A stretch of DNA of 63,767 bases, counting the filler, from Octopus bimaculoides (taxonomy: Eukaryota): assembly GCF_001194135.2 (NCBI RefSeq). It is 5 parts of 5 records of this genome, joined end to end, with 100 filler letters (N's around TTAATTAATTAA, not from the genome) between each part and the next. Parts side by side here need not be neighbours in the genome. Positions count along the whole stretch, not along the records: positions 1 to 21,698 come from NC_068982.1; positions 21,799 to 42,989 come from NC_068983.1; 3 more parts are not named here. One strand, written 5' to 3'. Positions 10,971 to 23,667 of the stretch are shown here, in pieces (the stretch's first letter is position 1; each line of letters begins with the position of its first letter). A model generated the notes under the pieces. The model did no database searches. It saw nothing but the letters and a program-made list of their open reading frames with translations, and was not told where the DNA came from. Both the position numbers and the translations under genes were made by a program.

Positions 10971-12127
10971 TTGGGTCATCTCATAAATAATGCAGTTTTT
11001 TTAATACTTCTTTTATTTTCCAAAATTAAGATAAACAAAGTTCTTTTTTAATCTAAAATATACTCTCCTTCGTTTTCTACAGTGCTCTTCCAAAGAAGGC
11101 TTGCAATGTCCCTCTTCCAAATTTTACTTGTCCGTCACGAAAAATACTCCTCCAGTACTGTTCTGACCTTGTTTACAGGATTCATATTTTTCTGTCCAAA
11201 TGATTCTGAAGACTGTGGAATAAATAATAATCAGATGGGGCAATGTCCTGCGAATATGGTGGCTGGGGCATCATTTCTCATTGAAACTGCTCCAGCCTTT
11301 GGAATATCATCCTCGCTGTATGTGACCGAGCATTATTTTGATATAAGAAACCTGTCATCTCCTACCAAAGAGATAACAACACCTTACGTGGGTGAAGACC
11401 TTCTTTAGCCTGAGGTGCCAGTGTTTCTCCTTTCCCAACCCACTGTGTTCGGCACTTGACATTTTTATAGAGAACTCATTTCTCCTCACCAGTTACTATT
11501 CAGTCAAAAAAAGGTTTATTTGTGAGACGTGACATCAAAGAAAAGCACATATTCACTCTGTGTGTGATTAGACTCGGAAAATTTGTGAGGAACCCATTAA
11601 CCCAATTTGCTGACATTTCCGATGGCATGCAGGTGTTAATGAATGGTTAACTGACCAAATGCAAACTTCTCTGATAATTCCTCAGCAGTTAGAATGGGAT
11701 CTTGTTCCACCAGGGTTTGCAGGACATCCCTATCAAGCTCTAAAGATCTTCCAGGAAGAGACTCGTCTTCTAGGTTGTAGTTTCTGGCTCGGAATTTCTG
11801 GAACCTCTGTTGACACTGGCCTACACTTATTGTCTGATCCCCATATACTGCATTAATATTCCTCACACTTTCCATTGCGTTGTTGCCTTTATTGAACTCA
11901 TAAAGCAAAATATGCCGAATATGCTCCTTTGCCATTGCCATTATAGCTTTGAAAAAATAACTGGTAAAATCGAACTGTACTCTTCAAAACTTGTACTAAG
12001 AATAAGTACAAAGTAAAATTACTACCTGCTTTTATAGTAAGTTGATGCAGGTAATTTATCCCATCCCTGTCTGACTTTTAGTCCATGCAATTGAAAAAAA
12101 AGCCACATTATTTATGGGATGACCTAA
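10971..12127 (-). mobile_element. Mariner (DD34D-type) DNA transposon, near full length with internal deletion, TA-flanked
   Basis: TIRs TT(G/A)GGTCATC(T/C)CATAAATAATG at both ends flanked by TA; N-terminal HTH MAKEHIRHILLYEFNKG..., WVPHK, IVTGEEK, LHPRKVLLSLW, QNNARSH, PPYSQDIAPSDY, EGEYILD*. Confidence 0.9.
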
Positions 12128-12149
12128 TATATATCACATGATTGACCAG

Positions 12150-12345
12150 ACTATTAGATGCTTTATACAACACTGGTCACAGTGCACTTTGCATTGATTT
12201 AGCTTTCAAATGATGCCACTCAACTGGCCAGGTGAGCAGGCCAAAATTACCCCTGGTCCATCACAAGGATACCCATTTACAGTTGAGTGGACTGAGGAAC
12301 ATGAAATGAAGTATTTTGCTCAAGAACACAATTTATTGATTGAGA
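12150..12345 (-). mobile_element. CORE-like SINE fragment (family C-related), old
   Basis: agttgagtggactgaggaacatgaaatgaagtattttgctcaagaacac resembles the core at 42840-42900. Confidence 0.5.
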
Positions 12346-12405
12346 GAGAGTCTGCAATCACGAGTTTCTTCCTTGTGAGTAGAGCATATATCTACTTAAG
12401 TAGAG

Positions 12406-12679
12406 CAGTGGTCTCCAAACATTTTTGTGCTGCCACCCATTGACACCCAGGCCATATTCCTAGCGCTCCCACCCTGGTAAACCATCACAAACATAGACTT
12501 CCTTCTGAAGCAAATTCAAAGCAAGTTTTTTCACAAATAAAACTTAACCTAATAAACCCATTATTTTGTTGTTTTAACATAAATTGCTACCCCATTATCA
12601 CCCCACTTTTCTTCAATGCCTCCTTGAAACTTTCCACCCACTCACAAGGGGGCAACATCACCCCCTTTGGGAACCACTG
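12406..12679. mobile_element. hAT-superfamily MITE
   Basis: TIR CAGTGGTCTCCAAA / TTTGGGAACCACTG (12 of 14 match); perfect 8-bp TSD AAGTAGAG at 12398-12405 and 12680-12687. Confidence 0.9.
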
Positions 12680-14708
12680 AAGTAGAGTATACAGAGAATA
12701 AATATTCTTAATTATAGAATACTAGCAGAAAGACCATCCTCTGAGCGGTTTTCTGCTAGCCCCTTGATAATATTTTCACATTTGATTCCAATTTCTAATT
12801 ATTTTTATATTTTAAGTCTAATTATTTCTTTGTATGATAGTACTCACTTGCTTAGTAAATATTGCTTTCATTATTTTATGACAGTCATAATCTTTCTTTT
12901 TAAACAAACATCACAGTAGTCCAACAACAGAGGGAGAACCAGTTTGTCAAGTGTTACCTTACCTTCCCTTCAAAGCAACATAGAGATTTCAATTCATCAG
13001 CCCATCTGTAAGCTTTGCTGTGTGTGTGTGTGTGTGTGTGTGTGNNNNNNNNNNTGAGAGAGAGAGAAAGAACGTTGCAAACAATGAATGAAATTATCAT
13101 GAAATGAAAAAAATCGTATAAATAAAAGGGCATTACTACAGATGTATACACCCCGACTTTGTTGCTTCATAACATCCAGAAAAAATGGATAGTTTTTCAC
13201 AAAATTTTCTACAAATACCGCTTAGATGTTGTGGCTTTAGAGCATATGGAGATTAGTGGGAAAGAATTTTTGTGAGGGAGTGGAGAGAGGAGTTTCAGAA
13301 AATTCACACGATCTGACTTTTTCCCTCATAACTTTCAGGAAGATGGATATCTTTTAATGAAAATTTATACAAATCCCTTTCAAACGGCATAGCTAATGAT
13401 TATAAAGAAATTTGTGGAGAAAATTTTTGCAGGGATTTTCCCCATCTTTTTATAAACCACAGCTTTCCAAATTATGGGGTGGGGTGGCATCTGTGTATGA
13501 AAAACGTTTTGAAAACTTTTTTTACACCTCCCTCCCTCATCATCCTACTCCAGACCTATTTTGGTGAATTTTTTTTTTTGCGCTTCAAAACTATGGGAAG
13601 AGCATTTACGGTAAAAAAAAAAATGTTAAGATTTAAGGGAGATTTGACTGTTGTTTCTAGGACATCCAAAGACAACCCTCCTCATTTCTTTATCATTCTT
13701 GCATGTATTGATGTTTTTCAATATTTTTTCCCCGTATATACATTTATATGCTATAAGAAAGAAAATTTGAGGAATTATGTATTTTTTGGAACCCCACTCC
13801 CTGCTCCCGATTGTTTCTGTTTAGAAATTAAAATATTGGAGAGCCTGAGAAGGTCATTGCTGGCATTTATCCACAGTGATTTTAAAAAATTACAGAGATG
13901 TACTTGCATAGTAAGTGACTTGATCTGAGATCGTGTGCTGAAACAAAAACAATTGCAGCGTGAAGATGTTTGTAAACCAATCAAGAATACACAAAAACCT
14001 TTAGTTTCACTTCAACATTTAAATTTCATTTGTGTCAAAATATTTTCGTCACTTTGAAACCGTGACATGTTCACTGACAAAACTTCCCAAAAGTTATGCA
14101 GCACAAAGTTTTGTCGGTGAGCTGCACACACACATTCATTGCATTTCATTTGTGTGTATGTGTATCTATGTGTGTGTGTGTGTGCAAGTGCATATTGGTA
14201 TATGTGCATGTCACAGTTGAAGTTGTATTTTGGAAACTGTGAATAAGGTGAAAGTTTCGAGTACTTGTCAGTAACTTTTTGTTTTTTCTTTTCTCCTTAT
14301 CTTCTAATAGTAATTACCCAACTTTCTTGGCTCTTCTCACAGCTATCCCGCATTCAAAAATTATACGGGTATATTAAAAAATTTTCATTGAATAAATAAT
14401 GTTTTTACATTACGTATACATTAATAGCAAATTAAAGCTTAAAAGAGATAGTGAGAGATTTTGCAAACAAAAATGGAATACTGTGCAGTGAATGCAATGA
14501 ATATTTAAATTTGCGATGGGTTGGACGCAGTGAATATTTAAATTTGTGAGAAATTGGAGTTAAAAAATTCAATAAATATGAGAAATTGAAATTATAGGAA
14601 ATTTCTTAGAACATGAATTTATAAAAATATTTCCAGACAATCAACTCGTTAATAGAAATAATACATTTCTAATTCTCTCTTACAGATTTATACAGTAGTG
14701 ATATGATG

Positions 14709-14955
14709 AAGTAGTTGTATGCTGTCAACTTAATGTGACAGTCCCCTGAAGGGAATAATACTATTGTTGGTTAGACCTAGGAAGCTGCACCGCTTCCTGT
14801 TGGCCTTGACACATTTGACACATCAGCCTTGAACATAAGGACATAGGAAATGTGTCAAGACCGACAGGAAGCAGTGCAGCTTCCTAGGTCTAACCAACAG
14901 TAATATTATTCCCTTCAGGGGACTGTCACATTAAGTTGACAGCATACAACTACTT
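14709..14955. repeat. Long fold-back: 108-bp inverted arms, 31-bp spacer, 5 mismatches (probable MITE)
   Basis: 14709-14816 is the reverse complement of 14848-14955 except for five C/T transitions. Confidence 0.9.
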
Positions 14956-15411
14956 AACCTGTTAATAGTTACTTTCTTTTAGTACTTTTAGTAATTGTTA
15001 CATACCTAATTAATAAGCAGCTTTCTCCATTATAGTATAGAAGCCAAACATTGAGTAGGACAAGCTAGGGCAGAATATTATAGATTTTGAGTTAGCAGCA
15101 GTTTCCTATAATACAGTGCAAAATAAGATGCCTAACATCGGCTCTGATTGTTGCATTAAGATCTAAGCATCTTTGCATTTCTAATGTCTTTTTTGTATTC
15201 TGACAAGAAAAGTATCTGTACTAATGGTGGTGGAAACAGACAGCAGTGCTGATGATGGGAGCCATGGTGGTGGTAGTAGGAGCAGTGGTGGTGGCTGTGC
15301 CGTTGTTGTATACACACACACACAACATTGTCGTTTCCTGCCATGCTTGTGGCACTTGGTTCCCATTGGCCAGTCTCCTCACTTACCTGTTCTCCAGCAA
15401 ATTCAGCACAT

Positions 15412-15636
15412 ATACTCTTTTACTCTTTTACTTGTCTCAGTCATTTGACTGTGGCCATGCTGGAGCACCACCTTTAGTCAAGCAAATCGACCCCAGGACT
15501 TATTCTTTGGAAGCCTAGTACTTATTCTATCGGTCTATTTTGCTGAACCGCTAAGTTATGGGGACGTAAACACACCAGCATCGGTTGTCAAGCAATGTTG
15601 GGGGGGACAAACACAGACACACAAACATATACACAC

Positions 15637-15677
<41 letters not shown>

Positions 15678-15837
15678 TACGACGGGCTTCTTTCAGTTTC
15701 CATCTACCAAATCCACTCACAAGGCTTTGGTCAGCCTGAGGCTATAGTAGAAGACACCTGCCCAAGGTGCCATGCAGTGGGACTGAACCCGGAATCATGT
15801 GGTTGGTAAGCAAGTTACTTACCACACAGCCACTCCT
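15412..15837 (-). mobile_element. SINE family A, full length
   Basis: Reverse complement of the 50293-50718 type, with internal (TA)/(CA) tract. Confidence 0.9.
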
Positions 15838-16421
15838 TTGTCAAGTTCTGTCTCTTCTACTTTTTACCATGTACTGGTTTCCATTGTAGTAACCATATGA
15901 CTTCATCTTTTCTTTGCCAACAGTATCCCACAAATCTAAGTCATTGCAGTTTAGTGGTATCTATTAATGATATATTTCCACAAAATACATTGACTGATAA
16001 ATGTTGCTCCTAAGAAACATTCTCCACTTTTACTAACACACACACACAATCCTTCACTTGGATATACATACATACATACATACATATTTGTACATATAAG
16101 AATAGTGAACAGTATAGGAACAGCAGAGAATAGACAAACTGAAATGCTGTACAGAATAATAAAATATAAAAAAATGGGGCTAACAGCCAAACGAAAATTT
16201 TAATTAAATTTATTTGGTTTTAACTTGAACATTTAGGCAGCAGCTAGTTTGTTTACACATGTCTTAATTGTCTGTGTGCGTATGTATTTGTATGTTTCTC
16301 TCTCTTTCAGAAGTGTATACATAGATACACATATACATATTTATATGAATATGTGAATATGTATATGCATATGTATTTATTTATCTGTGTGTGTATCTCT
16401 CTCTCTCTCTCTCTCTCTCTG

Positions 16422-16547
16422 AGCCTGGTGTAGCCATCCGGTTGCACCAGTCCTCAGTCAAATCGTCCAACCCATGCTANNNNNNNNNNACCCATGCTAG
16501 CATGGAAAGCGGACGTTAAACGATGATGATGATGATGATGATGATGA

Positions 16548-16550
<3 letters not shown>
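16422..16550 (+). mobile_element. Family E retroposon 3' end (10-N gap inside)
   Basis: gagcctggtgtagccatccggttgcaccagtcctcagtcaaatcgtccaacccatgcta...(GAT)n. Confidence 0.85.
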
Positions 16551-16585
<35 letters not shown>

Positions 16586-17371
16586 CTATATTTAAATACA
16601 TATATATTAAAGATGATAGGGGAAAGCAGGAAAGATAGTGGAAGATTGATAGAAATATGAAAACCATATATAAGCTGTATCATTAAAAATTTTATCCGTC
16701 TTTCGTTTGGAATGACATTTAAAGATTTCTTTTCCTAAATCTGCCTGACCTTTTTATATAATTTACGATTTTCTACGTTCTTTGATTGACTGCAAATAAC
16801 CTATAAATCAAAGAACGTTCATATTTGCTTCACAAAATATTATATTTAATCTAACACAGTATATTCTATACAGAATACGATTTACATTAGTATTTAGTTC
16901 CAGAAAATAACTTTACAGTTTAAATGTTGGTAACACTATCGTATTTTTGAATTACAGTCTGTGGCAAAGCTTCTGCTTTTCAAACAATTTCATGAGTAAA
17001 TCCAATTGTCCAACTGTCTGTGAAGAATTTGTTTCATATGAATATATAAATCCCACTATGGTTGTTATTAAGTAATTGATATTGAAAAATATATTCAAAG
17101 ATAAAAGAAAGGTATACTGGATAATATTAAATCAATGGTGGTATTTCAAGCCAGAATTATTCTCTATTTCCAACCAGTTTTCTTTAAAATTCATATTGAT
17201 TTTGATACAGCAGCCTGAAGGCTGGTAGACTAAGCACTAAGTTATTGTATGTAGTTCTCAGGTTATAGTGCATAGTCAATGTATTAGTGTTAACATATAT
17301 AAAGTGTTGAACATCAAAAATTAAGTAGAAATAATTACGTGGTGAGGAAAGAGTAGTATTTGTCAATACAT

Positions 17372-17578
17372 TTTTTTACCTTTTCCTTGCTTCAGTCATT
17401 GCACTGTGGCCATGCTGGAGCACCACCTTGAACGGTTTTACTCAAACAGATCAATCCCAGTGTGTATATCTTAAGTCTGGTGCTTATTATATCTGTCTCT
17501 TTTGCCAAACTGCTAAGTTACATGGATGTAAACACACCAACACCAGTCATCAAGTTGTGGTGGCCAAACACAATCATA
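17372..17578 (-). mobile_element. SINE family A 3' half
   Basis: ttcagtcatt..ctgtggccatgctggagcacc...tgctaagttacatggatgtaaacacaccaacacc. Confidence 0.75.
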
Positions 17579-17637
17579 AAACATACACACACATACATAC
17601 ATACATACACACATACATACATACATACATACATACA

Positions 17638-17752
17638 TGAAGGCACGTGGCTTAGTGGTTAGGACATTCGGCTCATGATTGTAAGGTCGTGAGTTCAATT
17701 CCCGGTGACGCATAGTGTCCTTGAGCAAGACACTTTATTTCACGTTGCTCCA
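17638..17752 (+). mobile_element. CORE-like SINE family C head
   Basis: tgaaggcacgtggcttagtggttagg...gtgagttcaattcccgg...ccttgagcaagacactttatttcacgttgctcca. Confidence 0.8.
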
Positions 17753-17830
17753 TGTTTTGATCTATAAATGTAATTCTCAATAAATTGGTTGAGTGTCCTT
17801 CTTTCATTTGTCCATTCACTCTTATATATA

Positions 17831-18395
17831 CAGGGTGTCCCCCCAAAAATGTATACACATTTTAGCAGCTGATAACTCAATTGATGTTTTTTCTTTCCAG
17901 ATGAAACCCAGTGGAACTAATAATGGCAGATAGACTAAGCTTTGAACAGAGGAAATTCATTTTAAAATGCTACTGAATGTGTGAAAACGCTGTTGAAGTA
18001 GAAAGACAGTTAAGGAGGGAGTTTCAAACAGATCCACCTATGTAACTTACCATCACCCAAATTAAAGATAAGTTTGAACCCAATGGAACTGTTCAGAATG
18101 TTCATGAGAAGCGTTCCAGAAGACCACAAACATCGATAACCCACACAAACCAAGAAGGAGTGCTGAAAACATATTACTAATGTCCACGAAAATCTATGTG
18201 GCAAGTGAGTCGTGAGGTAGGTATATCAAGATCGTCTGTCCAACGCATTTTGAAGCATTGTCAATGGAACAGTTATGTTCTAAGATTAGTCCATACTACT
18301 AATGAAGATGATCCAGACCGAAGAGTGTAGGATTATGAGTGGTACTTGGCACGATGTGCAGAAGTAGCAAATGCACACTTTCCAACAAAGATTGC
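17831..18395 (+). mobile_element. Tc1/mariner-superfamily transposon 5' portion (DUF4817-like HTH), decayed
   Basis: TA-CAGGGTGTCCC terminus; MADRLSFEQRKFILKCY...DKFEPNGTVQNVHEKRSRRP...[24 protein letters not shown]...DDPDRRV with stops. Confidence 0.8.
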
Positions 18396-18404
18396 ACCTA
18401 CTGG

Positions 18405-18565
18405 GAACCTGGTTTCTTTCAGTTTTGAACTAGGAAATACACTCAGAATGCTTTGGTCAGTCCAAGGCTAGAGAAGAAGACAGTTGCTCATGTTGTCACA
18501 CAGTGAGACTGAACCTGAGACCACATGATTTGAAAGCCTGTTTCTTATCCACACATCTACACTGT
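18405..18565 (-). mobile_element. SINE family A 5' half, diverged
   Basis: tttctttcagtttt...ctttggtcagtccaaggcta..gaagaagaca...gactgaacc. Confidence 0.65.
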
Positions 18566-19835
18566 GCCGATACACAGATTTTTCATTCACCATTATTAAC
18601 AAGCTTGAGCGTTATTTAATTAAAACTTTATTTGATAGACTGAGCTCAAACTCAGAGCAGCAACCTCTGTAAGTAAAAGAAAGAAAGGATTTTTAGTGTC
18701 ACCACTTCACTCATCACACTTATGAAGGCCCTATATTTTTTCCCCCAGACAAGAACTTAAGCAAGGTCCTTAGCTGAACTACGTTCACTAGTACCTAGTT
18801 TACAGTTTATGGATGTCAAAACAGCAACAGTTGAAATAAATGTTCCTTTTGAGTAATATCTCAAATCTAATTTAAATGGTACGTCATTTTTGTTGTTGAA
18901 GGAACATATGGTGTTTATTAGGTTTTGTCATCTGTAAAACTGTTAGCTAATTCTTATCTAGATAAGGAAACATGTCAAATTGTCTTGCCATACAACAAAT
19001 CTCTCTGTGCTGATAATTTCATGCTATAGAACTCATTCACTAATTTTTTTAGATTTTATTATTTAATTTTTTTTTCTGTTAAAAAACAGATAGTTGAAAT
19101 TAAATTGTAACAAGTTTTAATGAGTTCAATAGTATCGTTAGTTTACAATTAGCTTATCTGTTTGTGTGCATGTGTATGTTACATGGATGTATCATTATCA
19201 TTCATAAAGTTGTTATAGCTATTATCAGCCATAAAAGTCTTTATTAAAAGCTAAAATATTCATGCATTATTCATTTATATTGCTTGTGAAAATATAATTA
19301 GCTGTCACTACCTCTGAAACATTTGTTCAGAATTTTCTCAAGAAAATGAAACCTTACGTTTTATCTTTAAAACATTTCATACTTTTTTCTCTGCTTTATT
19401 ATAAGCACAGTTATCATTTTCAGATTGAATATTTACATTAACAGGAAATCCTTTTATAAAAAGAAACTACAGTTTTATAAATTTAATTAATTACTATTTT
19501 TATTTTTAGCCTATGTTGAGAGAAAGTAAATTAAATTTGAAATATTGAACTGTGTGTAGTAAATATACGTGAAGATGAAAATAAATATAATTTAGTAGTA
19601 GATCTGTGTATGTGAATAAGAGCAAACAATAGTTTAAGTAATAAGATGGAAGTATACTTATTATATTTTAACAGTATCAATGAATTGTTATATTAGCAAT
19701 GTGACTTACAAATATAATCAAGAATAATATTTAGAACTGTAAACAGTTTGTATACAAAATATACTCAATAAAACATTTGTTTTATATTTTTCAGCTTTAT
19801 TCAGTTTGATTTCTTCCAGAAATGATTCCATTTAA

Positions 19836-19990
19836 CCCTTTAGAATTCAGATTTTTCTGTCAAATGTAATGCTTTGAGATTTTGATGATCTGGTTGTATA
19901 TTTTTAGAATGACAGGGTAGGTGTGAGAAGCTGGATCTGATTGGTTTTAACATAAAACAATTGTATATGGCCTGCTTAAATGCTAAAGGG
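19836..19990. mobile_element. piggyBac-like MITE
   Basis: TTAA|CCCTTTAGAATT ... AATGCTAAAGGG|TTAT; CCC/GGG termini. Confidence 0.6.
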
Positions 19991-20965
19991 TTATACCTGT
20001 ATAGAATTGTGTATGTATGTGTGTGGAAGGATCAGCCTGTGGGGCAGTTCTACATCCTATGATTCTCACAGAATATCCACTACAGGGTGAAGAAAAATTC
20101 ACAATAGGACTCAATCAGGATTCATGGAGCCAAACATTTAATATGGCTCCTCTTTCATGACTGCCCCTCTTCTAAATAAATCTTTTGCAACTACAAAATT
20201 CTTCAGTGAAGGGAGACCGAAATAACAGTGAAAACAAGTAACTGGGAATAAATTTTACTTCACACTGCACAAAAATATATTTTGATGCTGTTGCTTTATT
20301 TGAAGTCAAAATACTGAATTTAATATCGGAGTATTGAAGAAAGAAAAATATTAATTTCAATCAGAAAAATATAAAGAAATTTTCAGATTATTGGAAATTT
20401 TGAATTTAAGATGATTAAAATATAAATAAGTTACCTAATTATATAAAAGAAGTTTAAAAGAGATCTCAAAATCACAGTTCCTTTTGTGGAATAACTGAAT
20501 AATTTGAAGGTTTTAAGGAAGCAATTTTATTTCACAAATTCCTCTCTTAAAACATGAAACAACTCTTTGCCTTTTAGGACAAACAAGTAAGAAAAAATAA
20601 GGAAGTGTTTCTACAAGGAATTTTGAATTTTTATTTAAGAAATTAATGCAAAGCATTAAAAGTAGGGCAATACTTTTTAACATATAAAGTGAAAACAAAA
20701 AATAAAAAGAAAAGCCTACTAAAAATTTACTTTGTGGAACTGTATCCTTTCAACAATATAAAAAAGGTTAAGTGAATGAATAATATCTAAAGTCTCTTCT
20801 TGGAAGATATGTTAGTAGCAAGAGTTTATAATGGTTATTGTATTTGAATTCTATGTTACCTTTTGGCAAAGATTATTGTGTATTGTGTCTTAGATATAGG
20901 ATACCGTCATGTTCCTCTAACAGCTGTCTTAGCATGAGAAGTAAAAGTAGATTGAACAAGGGGTA

Positions 20966-20981
20966 CACATGTATACATACA

Positions 20982-21012
<31 letters not shown>

Positions 21013-21500
21013 GCATACATATAAATACACATACAAACATACATGCTTGCACACCTATGCACACATACACAAATACATACATATACACACACATACAAAC
21101 ACATACAAACATACACGCATGCACACACACACGCATACAAACATACACACACATGTTCATACACACATACATACACACACATGCATGCACACACACATAT
21201 ATACATGCGCACATACAAATACACATACAAACATACATGCACGCATGCACACATGCATGCATACACACATACACACACACACAAACACACATACACACAC
21301 ACATACACACACACATACAAACATGCATGCATATACACACACATGCATACACACACATACAAACACATACAAGCATGCATGCATGCACACACACACACAC
21401 ATACAAACATACACACACACACATGCACATACACACACCCGCACACACACACACACATGCATGCATACACATACATAGATAGATACATACATGCATACAT
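20966..21500. repeat. Degenerate (CA)n/(CATA)n/(CATG)n compound microsatellite
   Basis: Direct reading; the overlapping H/T- and C/V-rich ORFs are its by-products. Confidence 0.95.
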
Positions 21501-21742
21501 ATATATCAAAGTCAATCTGTCATTGTGCTTTGAGAATAATGAGCATTTACAGAAAAAGTCTTGTTAAGTCTAACTCTAACATTTGTCAAATTTTCTGAAA
21601 CTCAAAAGAATTTTGGGGTCATAAAAACACTCTATCAAATATTGAAACATTTTATGGAGTCTTTCACAATAATACCATTCAAGTCATTAAAGATGCAANN
21701 NNNNNNNNNNNNNNNNNNNNNNNNNNNNNNNNNNNNNNNNNN

Positions 21743-21754
21743 TTAATTAATTAA
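21743..21754. other. Artificial join: 44 N + TTAATTAATTAA + 44 N (same motif at 43034-43045, 59882-59893, 62427-62438)
   Basis: Identical palindromic 12-mer with stops in all six frames, isolated inside N runs, four times. Confidence 0.85.
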
Positions 21755-21832
21755 NNNNNNNNNNNNNNNNNNNNNNNNNNNNNNNNNNNNNNNNNNNNAT
21801 ATATATATATATATATTCATATATAAATGTAG

Positions 21833-21891
<59 letters not shown>

Positions 21892-21916
21892 TATATATAT
21901 ATAAGGTTGTAAGCAA

Positions 21917-23010
21917 AAATACACTTAGATTAATTAACACAAAAGCTAGGAATATTATGTGTGATTATAATATTCAAGACAAAACTGAGCTCATTGTACC
22001 GGTTAGGCCCTGCATCATACTTAAATACCACAAAGAGAATTTCTCAACTGATTCTAAGGGTAGACTTATTTGCCCAGCTAGATCAGATTTAGGTAAGCTT
22101 AGTAAAATTATCTTAGATAAATACATACCCACACTTAAAAATAAAATAGCTCTCGAATTATGGTCTAATACGCAGAATGCATTAGCTTGGTTTTCTAATA
22201 TTTAGCAAAAATGTAAATATAGATTCTCACAAATTGATATAGAAAGTTACTATTCATCTATAAACCCTACTATATTAAATAGCGTCTTTATTTTCAAGGA
22301 AATATACAAACATTACAATGAAGGAAATAAATGTAATACTTATAGCACGTAGCTCAATTATAGAATTTGATAATAAACTATGGGCCAGAAAAGATAACTC
22401 TGATTGTTTTGATGTAATTATGGGGTCCCCGGATCTTTCTATGCTACATGAGGAATTCCCTGAGATTGGGGGCGAATTATATAGGAATGATGCATTATTC
22501 ATCGTAAAAAAATTTCTCCAATAGACGCATGGAAATAATTTAGAAACGACTATATAAGGTTTTCAAGAGATTTGGCTTTACCATCACAATAGAAAGAGAG
22601 TATAATTCTATAAACTTCTTAGATGCAAATGTTAATTTAGTAACAGGGCTCCATGAACCTTTTAAAAAACCTAACTCTAACATTAAATACATACACTCCC
22701 AAACAATCACCCAACCTCAATAAAAATGTTTTAATTAAAAATATCAGCGGAAGAATATCTTTCCTTTCATCTAATGAGGATATACTTAATAAACATAAGG
22801 ACCAATATAATATAGCCTTGGCTAATGCAGGTTATAAGGATAAAATAGAATATTTACCGCATATAAATAATACTAACAATAGTAACGGAAACATCGAAAA
22901 CAAATATAATAGCTATAAAATTAAGAATAATATTAGTGACAAAAATATAAATGAATATGTGAACAATCATAAAGTTAAAAATAAAAATAAAAATAATAAC
23001 AGAAATTAAA
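21917..23010 (+). mobile_element. Penelope-like element reverse transcriptase fragment, decayed
   Basis: LKYHKENF...RLICPARSDLGKLSKIILDK...LWSNTQNALAWF...FSQIDIESYYSSI...FDVIMGS...LYRNDAL...ISGRISFLSSNED...YNIALANAGY; PLE-type KDHKxNF/RLINPAKS/FDVTMGS/YRDD pattern. Confidence 0.85.
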
Positions 23011-23628
23011 ATAGATCTGATAAATATAAAACAAACTACAATTCAGTGACCCTGAATAGTACCAGTGGACAATGAATCTGAATGAATCTATAGTGTAGTT
23101 GCCATAATATTGTGATGCGGATAAAATGTCGTCCCGACGGTGTAGTGGGCATTTAAAAAATTTAGGTGATTAAATATGTATAACTCGACAAAATCGCTTA
23201 TGCTCGCGCTGTGATACGAATTCATTTGGACGTCGAATAAGTCAAAAGCGCTATATTCTCAGGTCCAAACAGATCTTACGCTGAATGATAGTGTTTTATG
23301 CGCATGCGTAATGAGGCGCATTTCGGGTTCATCGATAATTATAAAATGACAAAAAGTTCCAAGCATCGTATTGCATGCTTTCAAATATAGATAGGTAAAA
23401 ATCTAAATATCAAACTGCGTGCATCTTACCTTACAATTACTGTGAGTGGATTTAAACCAAGATATCACCGAAAAGCTACTGGGCCGTAGCAACAGGTTAG
23501 AAGATTCCTTACTTTTATTATTGATACCCTTTGAATTTTTTACTCGCTAAACGTAATTCTGTACAAGCAGGGTTAATTAGTTTGAATTTAGGTCCATAGT
23601 AAAAGTCAAGTTTATGATCTTTCTGTGC

Positions 23629-23667
<39 letters not shown>

